This document shows, in pieces, positions 1 to 9,068 of a stretch of DNA of 64,000 nt; the first letter of the stretch is position 1; each line of letters starts with the position of its first letter. The DNA is from Bermanella sp. Lineage in GTDB: Bacteria > Pseudomonadota > Gammaproteobacteria > Pseudomonadales > Oceanobacteraceae. The position numbers and the translations under genes are program-made. The notes under the pieces are model-generated. The model did no database searches. It saw only the letters and a program-made list of their open reading frames with translations, and was not told where the DNA came from. The DNA is taken from positions 1,324 to 65,323 of the forward strand of contig JAWUVO010000025.1 in NCBI GenBank assembly GCA_034112325.1, given 5' to 3'.

Positions 1-300
1 TGTTGGTGTTTGGCCATTCAGTACTTAGATTATGCGGCTGATAATACCCAGCAATCGTTTGTAGGCTTAAGAAAACAAGCCAAAAAGCCTTTTATATCCA
101 CATTTGGCTTTGGGGGAATTGTGGCATTTCTGCTAATGGTGCCCATTGTAAATATTTTTGTAATGCCAGCAGCGGTGGCAGGAGGCACATTAATGTGGAT
201 AAAAAAAATCCATATGCCAAATGCCAATTTTAACGCAGACGACTTTTTCGACGAACCTGTAGGAGGGGTGACCCACCCCGAAACCAAGCAGAAGGGCTGA
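1..300 (+). CDS. cysZ: Sulfate transporter CysZ/EI24 family, 3' part (begins before window)
   Basis: Frame open from base 1: CWCLAIQYLDYAADN...FGFGG...VPIVNIFVMPAAVAGGTLMW is typical of the CysZ C-terminal half. The last 13 codons are REP-derived. Confidence 0.8.
   Translation, partial: CWCLAIQYLDYAADNTQQSFVGLRKQAKKPFISTFGFGGIVAFLLMVPIVNIFVMPAAVAGGTLMWIKKIHMPNANFNADDFFDEPVGGVTHPETKQKG
259..295 (+). repeat. GTAG-type REP copy 1 (GTAGGAGGGGTGACCCACCCCGAAA plus tail CCAAGCAGAAGG)
   Basis: GTAG tetranucleotide followed by hairpin GGGGTG-ACC-CACCCC; near-identical 37-bp copy at 2147. Confidence 0.9.
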
Positions 301-314
301 CTACCCAGAAAAAA

Positions 315-339
315 GTAGGAGGGGTGACCCACCCCGAAA
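315..339 (+). repeat. GTAG-type REP copy 2
   Basis: Exact copy of the 25-bp core. Confidence 0.9.
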
Positions 340-340
340 A

Positions 341-731
341 CCAGAAGGCGGCTGCTCATCTTGTAAAGATGGCTCAGCTGGTGAAGCCCCAGATCGTGCC
401 GGTTCAGATTGTAAAGACGGTTGTGGTAGCAGTGTTGGAGGGAAGTGTGGGTTATGAAGTTGAGCCCAGTGATCCACCTGTGGGGGCGAACACCACAGAC
501 AGTATTTTAAACGTTTGTCGTACGGTTTTGGTGACTATTAATTCAACTGATCGATATGGTGTAATGCCATACGACATAACAAGCAGTGCTTTGAAAAAAG
601 TGGTGGCAAGCACAAATGCCGACGGCACAACAACCAATGTAACTCACTATTATCGCTGGGGTTATAAGAAAAATGATAAAAACTATTTATCAGTAATTTC
701 CACAAGCATCAAGAATGGAGAATGTAATTAA
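341..731 (+). pseudogene. 5'-truncated, frameshifted gene remnant with a Cys-rich N-terminal part
   Basis: Frame from 341 reads PEGGCSSCKDGSAGEAPDRAGSDCKDGCGSSVGGKCGL*. Removing one G at 449-451 joins it to GYEVEPSDPPVG...KNGECN* (stop 729-731). The ORF-track start at 324 lies inside the REP. Confidence 0.55.
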
Positions 732-1648
732 TGAGATATTTATTAAGCGGTTGTGTGTTGCTGTTTATGGTAATGACATCTTATGCCAAGCCTGCCAAGG
801 AAATTAACGTATATAGGGCCCCGCTGGGGGGCGATAAAGAATTAATTGCTGTGCAGGCAGGCAGAATTGAAAGGTCTGAAGGCAATGACGATGCAATAAT
901 TTGGATATCCCATGTGGATTTAGATGGCGATGGCTTTGCAGACGCGTTAATTACCGACAGTAGACGTCAACACAGCAATGCAAAACACGGTTGGAGTTAT
1001 AGCTGGGTGTTATTTGACCCTGAAAAAAACAGCTATATGTCTTACTTCGAAAAAGTTATTTATGTAGATGACACAGAGGCTGTATATTCAATGATGGGGG
1101 GTGAAGGTATTTCCATAGACACCAATTATTTTAAACCCATACGCTTAGAGTCCGAAGGTGGAAAATACGGGTTTTTAAATACCGCAAGTGGCTCAGGCTC
1201 AACCAGTATATTTTTTATGTGGATGGATAAAACAGGTGAAAAAATAGAGTGGAAGCAAAAAGAAATTGCCAACTTTAGAAGCCAAATTGCTCATGGCGAG
1301 CCAGATGAAGGCATGTTATCAATGGAAGACGGCTTTAAATTAATGGCCGACTTAGAAGCGCAAACCATTCCCGACGCCATGCACGGCGAAGAAATATCTT
1401 ATCAGCAATGGAAAGCCGAGCAAAATACCGTAAAGACCCAAACACAAGTGCCAACACAAAAAGATGCAGCAAAAACCAACGCAGCGCCTAAAGATGAAAA
1501 AATGGCAGATTCATCGGTAGCAGATAAAGAGCAACAAACAGACCTTGTGCTTATTGTAAGCACGCTTCCAACGTGGCTGTACTATTTATTTGGCGTGTTG
1601 TTAATAACTGTTTTAAGTCTTGTATGGTTTAAACGCCGTAAAAGATAA
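731..1648 (+). CDS. Hypothetical exported protein with C-terminal membrane anchor
   Basis: Signal peptide (..MTSYA), DLDGDGFAD Ca-binding-like motif, low-complexity linker, C-terminal TM plus KRRKR; TAATG coupling to the upstream ORF. Confidence 0.8.
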   Translation: MRYLLSGCVLLFMVMTSYAKPAKEINVYRAPLGGDKELIAVQAGRIERSEGNDDAIIWISHVDLDGDGFADALITDSRRQHSNAKHGWSYSWVLFDPEKNSYMSYFEKVIYVDDTEAVYSMMGGEGISIDTNYFKPIRLESEGGKYGFLNTASGSGSTSIFFMWMDKTGEKIEWKQKEIANFRSQIAHGEPDEGMLSMEDGFKLMADLEAQTIPDAMHGEEISYQQWKAEQNTVKTQTQVPTQKDAAKTNAAPKDEKMADSSVADKEQQTDLVLIVSTLPTWLYYLFGVLLITVLSLVWFKRRKR

Positions 1649-1721
1649 AATTATTCATGTTTTCCTGCTTAAAAATAGGCGTGAAGCATGAAAGTTTTAT
1701 TGATCAATATATGTAAAAAGC

Positions 1722-1749
1722 CATTACCCATTGGGTGCAATGGGTGATG
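1722..1749 (+). terminator. Hairpin downstream of the 731-1648 gene
   Basis: CATTACCCATTG-GGTG-CAATGGGTGATG; no strong U tract. Confidence 0.35.
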
Positions 1750-1787
1750 TTAGTGAATAGGTATGTAGCATTGTAGTTAAGTTAAGT

Positions 1788-2146
1788 TTGAATAAATTAG
1801 TGGTAATAAATACCATATTTGTTTGCGTATTTTTAGCAGGTTGCTCGGCGGAATCTAATGGCCCAGTGGCCACGTCACCCGTTATGGACGATTGGGTACA
1901 AGAAGAAGTGCTTACGCAAATAGACTCAATGCGTAAAGAAATAATCGCATTGAAAAAAGAACTTAAAACAGTGGGTGAAAAATTAGAGGTTCATCTAGGG
2001 GATAAAGAAAATATCAAACCAACCAGTATTTCAATTAACGATATTGAAACCCTTGGTGATGACGGTGCGGACTTTGCCATTGTTGAGTTCTCCATTTTCA
2101 ATGTCCCTATTGTGCGCGCCACAACAGCCCCCCCCAAAAAAAACAA
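1788..2146 (+). pseudogene. DsbA-family thioredoxin lipoprotein, frameshifted and truncated
   Basis: Lipobox LAGC and coiled coil, then LGDDGADFAIVEFS. Adding one base at ~2094 restores DFQCPYCARHNS (CPYC at 2102-2113). The sequence then runs into C8/A8 and a REP. Confidence 0.8.
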
Positions 2147-2310
2147 GTAGGAGGGGTGACCCACCCCGAAATCAAGCAGAAGGATAAAGTTTAGTTTTGG
2201 TTTTGGTTTTGGTTTTGTAGGATTGAGGATTTCGGGGTGGGTCACCCCTCCTACTTTTTTCGGGGTGGGTCACCCCTCCTACTTTTTTCGGGGTGGGTCA
2301 CCCCTCCCAC
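2147..2310. repeat. REP cluster / REPIN-like: one forward REP, GGTTTT tandem spacer, three tandem reverse REPs
   Basis: Forward core 2147-2171; reverse cores ~2230-2254, 2258-2282, 2286-2310 (28-bp period, last begins GTGG). Confidence 0.9.
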
Positions 2311-2326
2311 TTGGTTTCTGGGTGGT

Positions 2327-3241
2327 TCAGTCCTCTTCGCAAGCCAACAAATATTCCATCATGGCTTTTTGTGCGTGTAAGCGATTCTCTGCTTCGTCCC
2401 AAACCACTGCGCGGGGGTCGTCCATCATGTCGTGGCTAATTTCTTCGCCACGGTGAGCTGGTAAACAATGCATAAAGATGGCGTCGTCTGCTGCTAAGTC
2501 CATTAACGCTGGGTTAATTTGATAGTCTTTAAATACTTTTTCGCGGGCTTTTTGCTCTTCTTCTTGTCCCATCGATGCCCAAACATCGGTTACTAATAAG
2601 TGAGCGCCCTTGGCGGCTTCTTTAGTATCACGAACAATGGTCACACGATCTTTGTTAGCCGCTACCAGTTCAGGCATAGGATCAAAGCCTTCAGGGCAGT
2701 TAACTACTAGATTAAAGTCAAACTGACGAGCGGCATTAATATAGCTGTGACACATGTTGTTACCATCGCCAACCCAAACAACGGTTTTACCTTTTATGCT
2801 GCCGCGATGTTCTTGAAAGGTCTGCATGTCGGCTAATAGCTGGCATGGATGATATTCATCAGTCAGTGCATTAATAACCGGTACACGAGAGTTGGCTGCA
2901 AATTTTTCAACAATATCATGACCAAAAGTACGAATCATGATGATGTCACACATGCGAGATAATACTTTTGCACTGTCTTCAATCGGTTCGCCGCGCCCAA
3001 GTTGAGTATCGCGAGAAGATAGAAAAATTCCTGCGCCGCCAAGTTGGGTAATACCGGCTTCAAAACTTACACGAGTACGAGTAGATGATTTTTCAAAAAT
3101 CATTCCTAATACTTTGTTTTTTAGTGGCTCGTGAATTTGCCCTTGCTGTTGCATAGACTTAAGTTCAATTGCACGATTTATTATCAATGCTAATTCTGAA
3201 GGCGTAAAATCTAATAGTGTTAAAAAGTGACGCACTGCCAT
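2327..3241 (-). CDS. argF: Ornithine carbamoyltransferase
   Basis: [18 protein letters not shown] and FMHCLP motifs. Confidence 0.97.
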   Translation of the reverse strand: MAVRHFLTLLDFTPSELALIINRAIELKSMQQQGQIHEPLKNKVLGMIFEKSSTRTRVSFEAGITQLGGAGIFLSSRDTQLGRGEPIEDSAKVLSRMCDIIMIRTFGHDIVEKFAANSRVPVINALTDEYHPCQLLADMQTFQEHRGSIKGKTVVWVGDGNNMCHSYINAARQFDFNLVVNCPEGFDPMPELVAANKDRVTIVRDTKEAAKGAHLLVTDVWASMGQEEEQKAREKVFKDYQINPALMDLAADDAIFMHCLPAHRGEEISHDMMDDPRAVVWDEAENRLHAQKAMMEYLLACEED

Positions 3242-3255
3242 TAGTTGACCTTTAA

Positions 3256-4440
3256 TTATTTTTTATCGGAGAAAAAACCAGTAATTTGATCACAAACTTT
3301 TAATGCAATCTGATCTGCTTCTTCGTCGGTTAATATAAACGGTGGCAATAAGCGCACCACATTGCCGGCCGTTACATTTAACAATAAGCCTGCATCTAAT
3401 GCTGACTTCATTAAGCCAGCCGCACTTTCTGATGTATTTAAAACTACACCAATCATTAAACCTTTGCCCCGGTACTCAGTTACAAAGCCAGTATCTTTTA
3501 ACTTGGCGTTAATACCTGAGCGGATGCGATCACCCAGTTCTAAAACGCGTTCGCATAAGTTTTCGCCTTGTATTGTATCAATTACCGCATTGGCGGCTGC
3601 GCAGGCTAGCGGGTTTCCACCGTAGGTTGAACCATGACTGCCTGGCTGAAGTACTTCAGCGGCTTTACCTTTTGCTAAGCAGGCTCCAATAGGAACGCCA
3701 TTCCCTAGCCCTTTAGCGGTTGTTAATACATCTGGATGCCAGTTGTAATATTGAAACGCAAAGTATTTTCCGGTACGGCCATTACCTGTCTGAATTTCGT
3801 CAAGTATTAGCAATAAATCATTGCTGTCACACAGTGCACGCAACCCGTTCATGTAATCGTCGGTTGCGGCAGTCACACCGCCTTCACCTTGAACAGGCTC
3901 AACCATTATGGCGACTATATTATGGTTAGTTTTTACAGCATGCTGTGCGGCCGCCAGGTCGTTGAAAGCCACACGGGTAAAACCTTCTAATAAAGGTCCA
4001 AAGCCAGCTTGAGCTGCTTTATTACCAGTGGCTGTTAATGTAGCCATGGTTCTGCCATGAAAAGCATTTTCGACCACTAAGATAGTCGGTATATCAATGC
4101 CTTTGTTATGGCCATATTTACGTGCAATTTTTATCGCAGCTTCGTTGGCTTCGGCACCCGAATTACCAAAAAAGACATTGTCCATTCCACTTAAAGCCGT
4201 TAACTTTTCAGCCAGAGTTTGTTGTTGGCCAACACCATAAAGGTTGGAGGTATGGACTAAATTGCCAGCTTGTTCGCAAATTGCGCGTGTTACAGCGGGG
4301 TGCCCATGGCCTAAGCCACACACAGCAATACCACTTAAGGCATCCAAATAAGATTTACCGTCGGTATCGTATACTCGAGCACCTTGAGCTTTGGTGAAAG
4401 TAACGGGTAAACGACCATATGTATTCATGATAGGTTGCAT
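3256..4440 (-). CDS. argD: Acetylornithine aminotransferase
   Basis: Class III PLP aminotransferase ([38 protein letters not shown]); adjacent to argF. Confidence 0.93.
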   Translation of the reverse strand: MQPIMNTYGRLPVTFTKAQGARVYDTDGKSYLDALSGIAVCGLGHGHPAVTRAICEQAGNLVHTSNLYGVGQQQTLAEKLTALSGMDNVFFGNSGAEANEAAIKIARKYGHNKGIDIPTILVVENAFHGRTMATLTATGNKAAQAGFGPLLEGFTRVAFNDLAAAQHAVKTNHNIVAIMVEPVQGEGGVTAATDDYMNGLRALCDSNDLLLILDEIQTGNGRTGKYFAFQYYNWHPDVLTTAKGLGNGVPIGACLAKGKAAEVLQPGSHGSTYGGNPLACAAANAVIDTIQGENLCERVLELGDRIRSGINAKLKDTGFVTEYRGKGLMIGVVLNTSESAAGLMKSALDAGLLLNVTAGNVVRLLPPFILTDEEADQIALKVCDQITGFFSDKK

Positions 4441-4460
4441 AATATTTTCCCTGGCAGCCT

Positions 4461-4571
4461 AAAAACGCAAAAAGCAGCAATATAGTTAAAACCCCCTTAC
4501 AGGTAGCCAAATATCAGCCCCTTGGGTTTTAACCTGATTTGCCGCCAAAAAAGGAAGCAAACATCATACAT
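4461..4571 (-). promoter_or_regulatory. Structured argD leader: long hairpin plus U-tract, overlapped by a 24-aa uORF (4571-4497)
   Basis: On minus strand GGCGGCAA/TTGCTGCT and GTTAAAACCC/GGGTTTTAAC stems, followed by TTTTGCGTTTTT; uORF MYDVCFLFWRQIRLKPKGLIFGYL*. Confidence 0.45.
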
Positions 4572-4712
4572 AGTTGGCACATTATTACAAGCTGCGAGGC
4601 GGCATGGGAGCAGGAGGTGACTGATAGGCGAGGGGGATTCTAGGAGTTTATAGCGGTTTTAAAACGGCATATGTATTTGGCTAACTATAAAAGTTGAACG
4701 TAATAGCAGAAC

Positions 4713-6431
4713 TTATGTTTTAAATATGGTCACTTGTTCTTTTAAAGCCCCAGTACTTTTTGACATTTCTACCAATAAAGTTTGCACTTGAGCAATGTCT
4801 TTAAGGGATTGAGCGTTGGTATTATCTACTTTTCTTAGACTTTGATCAGTATTATTCAATCGCTTACTTTGCTCATGTACGGTTGATACAGCTGAGGATA
4901 ATGCGGTTTCAATCTGTTCAAAGTCGATAGTTAAGCCTTCTATTTGTTCAAAGCCACTGCTAAATTGATCACTGAGTTGGGCGTTGGTTTGTGTGATGTC
5001 TTGCAATGTTTTACTGACATCATCGCCACCATTAACCACGTTTTGAATCATACCTTCTACTTCGTTAATAGCTTCGCCTGTGCGATTGGCTAGGCTGCGG
5101 ACTTCGTCTGCAACCACAGCGAATCCTCTGCCTTGCTCTCCAGCGCGAGCAGCTTCAATGGCCGCATTTAATGCAAGTAGATTTGTTTGCTCTGCAATGG
5201 CGCGGATCACATCTAAAATTTTATGGATTGACGACACATCGGCTACTAGCTTTAACATGTTGTCATTACCATTAGAGATAAGTGTATCTAGGTTTTGCAT
5301 TTCGCTGTTAATATTTTTAAATATTGTGACAGTAGATACACTGTTTTTATAGCCAATATTAGCGTGACTGCTTGCATCTTTAACTTGTTGTTCGGTGGTG
5401 TGGAAGTCTTTATTCTGCTGATGCAATTCATGTGAGACATTGTTGATTACATCAGTAGACTCAATTAACTTTATATTTACACCATCAAATAATGATTGAG
5501 TGTCATTGCTTTGTTTGGTTAGCCTACTAATATTATGTTTGATTGATTCAACTGCACTGCCAAAGCTAGATAATAATGAATTAATGGCAGATGAAATTTC
5601 TTTAAATTCATACATGCCAAATCCGTCAACTTTCCCAGTAAGATCATTATTTTTAGAAATCATTCGAAGTTGTTTCTGTACCCCTTTTACCGGTTTACGA
5701 ATGGTTTTAACTAAATAAACAATAAACCCGGTGACTAGCGCGCTAACAATAAACATGATGCCAATAGAAGCCGAATTTAAATCGTTTAACTTGTTATGCC
5801 CATCAATAGCATTTTTACGCATTTGTCTCGCACTGTCTTCAAGATCTTTACTTTTGCCGCCTACAAGAGTTTGAGCGTCCGTGAGCTGCTCGTTAAATAA
5901 TTGACTAATAGTCCCTAACGAGGTTGAAATAGATTGAGCTTTACTACTGGCTTGTAAAAATTGTTTCTCGGCTATCCATTCGTTTTCTTCCACATAGAAT
6001 TTAAAAGAGGCATTAATAAACGTTTTGAAATCATTTATGTCTCGTGATAAAGCGGTGGCTAATGACTCATGTTCGGGGAAGGTAGTTGAAAATGTTTTGG
6101 TAAGCGTTATAAATTCTGCAATTTGCAACATACCTTCTGCTAGGCTGTCTTCGTCAACTTGTTGCAAGGCATCAAAATTCCAAAAAATAATATTGGTATA
6201 TAATGCTTGTAACGTTTGCAGTTGAGACAGGCCTGAGAGCGCTGCCGACTGGGTTTGCAAAGCCGTTTTTTGACTTTCTAAATTCTCAGCATTGACTTCA
6301 GCTGAGCGAGCCTGTCCGTCAAAAGCGTCTCCTAACGAATGGATGCCCGAAATTAACACCCCTAAGGCCAGCAAAAAGACAAGTAACGGGATTGATGATA
6401 GTAATATCACGCGAGCACTAAGGCTGTTCAT
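4713..6431 (-). CDS. Methyl-accepting chemotaxis protein
   Basis: Two TMs, HAMP-like region, [34 protein letters not shown]. Confidence 0.95.
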   Translation of the reverse strand: MNSLSARVILLSSIPLLVFLLALGVLISGIHSLGDAFDGQARSAEVNAENLESQKTALQTQSAALSGLSQLQTLQALYTNIIFWNFDALQQVDEDSLAEGMLQIAEFITLTKTFSTTFPEHESLATALSRDINDFKTFINASFKFYVEENEWIAEKQFLQASSKAQSISTSLGTISQLFNEQLTDAQTLVGGKSKDLEDSARQMRKNAIDGHNKLNDLNSASIGIMFIVSALVTGFIVYLVKTIRKPVKGVQKQLRMISKNNDLTGKVDGFGMYEFKEISSAINSLLSSFGSAVESIKHNISRLTKQSNDTQSLFDGVNIKLIESTDVINNVSHELHQQNKDFHTTEQQVKDASSHANIGYKNSVSTVTIFKNINSEMQNLDTLISNGNDNMLKLVADVSSIHKILDVIRAIAEQTNLLALNAAIEAARAGEQGRGFAVVADEVRSLANRTGEAINEVEGMIQNVVNGGDDVSKTLQDITQTNAQLSDQFSSGFEQIEGLTIDFEQIETALSSAVSTVHEQSKRLNNTDQSLRKVDNTNAQSLKDIAQVQTLLVEMSKSTGALKEQVTIFKT

Positions 6432-6653
6432 AAGTCACACATTGTAATTTGGCAATAGTTTAACTTTAGCTAACTATATAAATAGTGCGCTGGTACAAAA
6501 GCGCCAATCTCCTTGGGTTACTAGGCTCTATAAAGGTTTAGAGGCGAATTTAGTAGAATGTTGATGGCTGGTTTGATCATATTCATCCAGGATTAAATAA
6601 CCGTATTGAATTGAAAACATGGCAGGTTAAGCAAGGCTGTAAAAATATAATAG

Positions 6654-7751
6654 TTAATCTCCATCGCTAAAATTTAGGCCTGCATTTACACCCAGGCCAT
6701 CAGCAATTTCACGTTTAAAATTACCATCAAGCAATGCTGCAGCATTTTTCATATTTGTGGGATCAGTGGAGCTTGTAGAGTTAATATTAATGGTAGAAAG
6801 CATTAGTGCCATATTACTTTTAACAGTGTTGGCTTCTTGCTCATAACCATTGTTAATCATTAAGGCTAGAATATTCACATAGCCATTATTGTCTTCATTT
6901 AATACCGTATTCACCGAGTTAATTGACGCCAACAAGTGACGCCAAATAGTGTCAGAAATTTTGGCTTGGTCGGTGGTGACATTACGACGGGTTAAATAAT
7001 CAAAGTAATCTTGAATGCCTACCAAAATTTTAGATATGGCGGAGCTGCCGTCTTCATCATCTAAAACAATATCCAATTTCTTGCTTAGCAAAAGTGTTCG
7101 ATAGCTTTCACCGCTGTTTCTGTAATTCACAGACCAGCCGTCAGCAATTATATTAGCGCGATATGATAATTGAGTAGTGTAGGCTTTTAGCAGAGAGCAT
7201 AAACGATCATTTGGAGTTGAATAATTATTAACATCTGTATAAACATTAAAAATAATTTCGATGGGTAAAAGCCCGACACTCGAAGGGGTTGCGTTTGTAA
7301 AGTAATCGTCTGTAATCTCATCGGTATCAGCGACAATAGCACTAATATTATTTGCAACATTGGTAGATCTATCTGTGTGATCGTTACGGTACGAGTCAAT
7401 ATATAAATAATGGGGAACGATAACACTGGTTTCCATAGGGCCAAATTTATAAGGCAGTAGTGTGTACCAAGCCGATGCAGTGGCAAGCCAGGTTTCTTGA
7501 AGTCCGATTAAACTAGCATTGGTTAAATTAGCCATTGCCGAACAAAATGAATGAGCATCATCATCTAGCTTTTGAGCTTGGGTTTGAAAGTCGTTGGTCG
7601 CAGGGATAATGACATTGTCGATGATGTTACTTGCAGCGACTTCAAGTTCGGTATTGGTTGTGGCAGAGCTAGAAGAACTACTGGCGCCACAGCCAGTTAA
7701 AACAAACATTGCTATAAGCAGAAGTAATAAAGAGTGTGTATTGCTAATCAT
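6654..7751 (-). CDS. Imelysin-like lipoprotein (second type)
   Basis: Lipobox LTGC; C-terminal GLNFSDGD typical of PA4372-like imelysins; start re-called at MISNTH. Confidence 0.8.
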   Translation of the reverse strand: MISNTHSLLLLLIAMFVLTGCGASSSSSSATTNTELEVAASNIIDNVIIPATNDFQTQAQKLDDDAHSFCSAMANLTNASLIGLQETWLATASAWYTLLPYKFGPMETSVIVPHYLYIDSYRNDHTDRSTNVANNISAIVADTDEITDDYFTNATPSSVGLLPIEIIFNVYTDVNNYSTPNDRLCSLLKAYTTQLSYRANIIADGWSVNYRNSGESYRTLLLSKKLDIVLDDEDGSSAISKILVGIQDYFDYLTRRNVTTDQAKISDTIWRHLLASINSVNTVLNEDNNGYVNILALMINNGYEQEANTVKSNMALMLSTININSTSSTDPTNMKNAAALLDGNFKREIADGLGVNAGLNFSDGD

Positions 7752-7842
7752 GTATAAACCTTTTTCTAAAACAGTGTTCAATAAAGAGTGATTATTAAAT
7801 AGTATATTTTCTGATGTTAGATTGTGTCGCCGTCTAAATAAT

Positions 7843-9042
7843 CTAGGCAATTGGCGTTGCAGATAATAAGTGATTATCCCAGTGTTTGTTGGGGTAGTTC
7901 AGCCTTTTATCTTTATCTTCCTGTAATGTTTCTGCGTTCACATATCGAATTTTACCAGCTGAGTTAGACAATATAAAAAACTTATTGTCATTACTTACTG
8001 TTAATCCACAAACATCATGAAACACGTGAAAGCCATTAAATATTTTGGTATCTGTATCCCAAAACATAGCTATATTGCCTTTGGGACTGGTAAAGGCCAC
8101 CGTATTACTTTGCGAGTTAATTTTCACGCTGCCCATGTAATCGTTAAGTTTGCGCAATAACTGGCTAGGAGCGTTTAAAATAGATATTGCCTTATTCCGT
8201 TTATGAATTGCGGCCAATGGAATAACGGTGTCATTAGACATTGCTTCGCGCTGTACTTGTAGCGCAATGGCCACTGTACCGCATGGAGACACATCTAAAT
8301 GACGAATACTTGCTTTGCTGAAATCGTACGATTGATTGTTTATTCGGGCTTGTTCAATCAGTGTACCAGTACGGGTATCTATGTAGCTTAAGTTAGATTC
8401 CATGGTGTTTAGGTTTAACACCTTACGCCCAGAGTCAGGATGGGTTCGCAGGCCTCCGTTTGCCACTACTAAAGTTTTGCCGTCAGGCATCATCGCTAAT
8501 TCATGGGGACCGACTCCATAGCTAGGAAAAGACCTGACAATTTGGTATCCCTGTGTCTCTCGTACAACAATAACACCATCGCCAGTTTCAAAATTTGATT
8601 CCGTGGTAAATAAATACTGTCCATCAAAACTGAAACAAGCGTGGCCATGCATATGATGTTTGCCTACTGAGCTAAAAGAATGTGCGACCTTGCCCGATTG
8701 AATATTAATGACTAAGCCTGTGATCCCAGGTCGGCGGGGCATGCAAACAATAAATTCATTATTGATAGGATGTTGATTCAGACCATGGCCTCTAAAATTA
8801 GAAGCAACAGACAACGTATTTTCGGAATTAATTAAATCAAAGCTAAAGCTTTTTTTATGATTACCTTGAGCAGAACAGATCAGTGTTGTGTCTTGTGATT
8901 GACGCCCTAATCCACTCCATGAAAATAGTCTACTTTCTGCATAAGTCACGCTGGATACAGATAATCCTAAACCCAAGATCAATTTAGTAAATTGTCGACG
9001 GTTTAGGTTTCGACGTAAAATTTTGTTTTCATTGTTATTCAA
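7843..9042 (-). CDS. DUF1513 family Tat-exported beta-propeller protein
   Basis: Tat motif NRRQFTK; RGH, RRPG, HGHACFS, GPHE, NGGLRTHPD, SIRHL, WDNH motifs. Confidence 0.9.
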   Translation of the reverse strand: MNNNENKILRRNLNRRQFTKLILGLGLSVSSVTYAESRLFSWSGLGRQSQDTTLICSAQGNHKKSFSFDLINSENTLSVASNFRGHGLNQHPINNEFIVCMPRRPGITGLVINIQSGKVAHSFSSVGKHHMHGHACFSFDGQYLFTTESNFETGDGVIVVRETQGYQIVRSFPSYGVGPHELAMMPDGKTLVVANGGLRTHPDSGRKVLNLNTMESNLSYIDTRTGTLIEQARINNQSYDFSKASIRHLDVSPCGTVAIALQVQREAMSNDTVIPLAAIHKRNKAISILNAPSQLLRKLNDYMGSVKINSQSNTVAFTSPKGNIAMFWDTDTKIFNGFHVFHDVCGLTVSNDNKFFILSNSAGKIRYVNAETLQEDKDKRLNYPNKHWDNHLLSATPIA

Positions 9043-9068
9043 AGTTGTGCCATATTTTTGTTTTATAA

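Noticed and set aside
30-359. ORFs 30-359(-), 1991-2245(-) and 2223-2456(+)
   Set aside because: They are translations of REP sequence (GVGHPSY/VTHP) or antisense to real genes.
324-450. N-terminus of the 135-aa ORF as a real gene start
   Set aside because: The start codon lies inside the REP; the alternative Cys-rich frame looks more protein-like.
1650-1790. Integron attC site between cargo genes
   Set aside because: Hairpins and a GTTAAGT are present, but there is no matching RYYYAAC inverse core and no integrase.
2230-2310. 28-bp periodic repeats as a CRISPR array
   Set aside because: Copies abut with no unique spacers, occur in both orientations, have REP architecture, and no cas genes are present.
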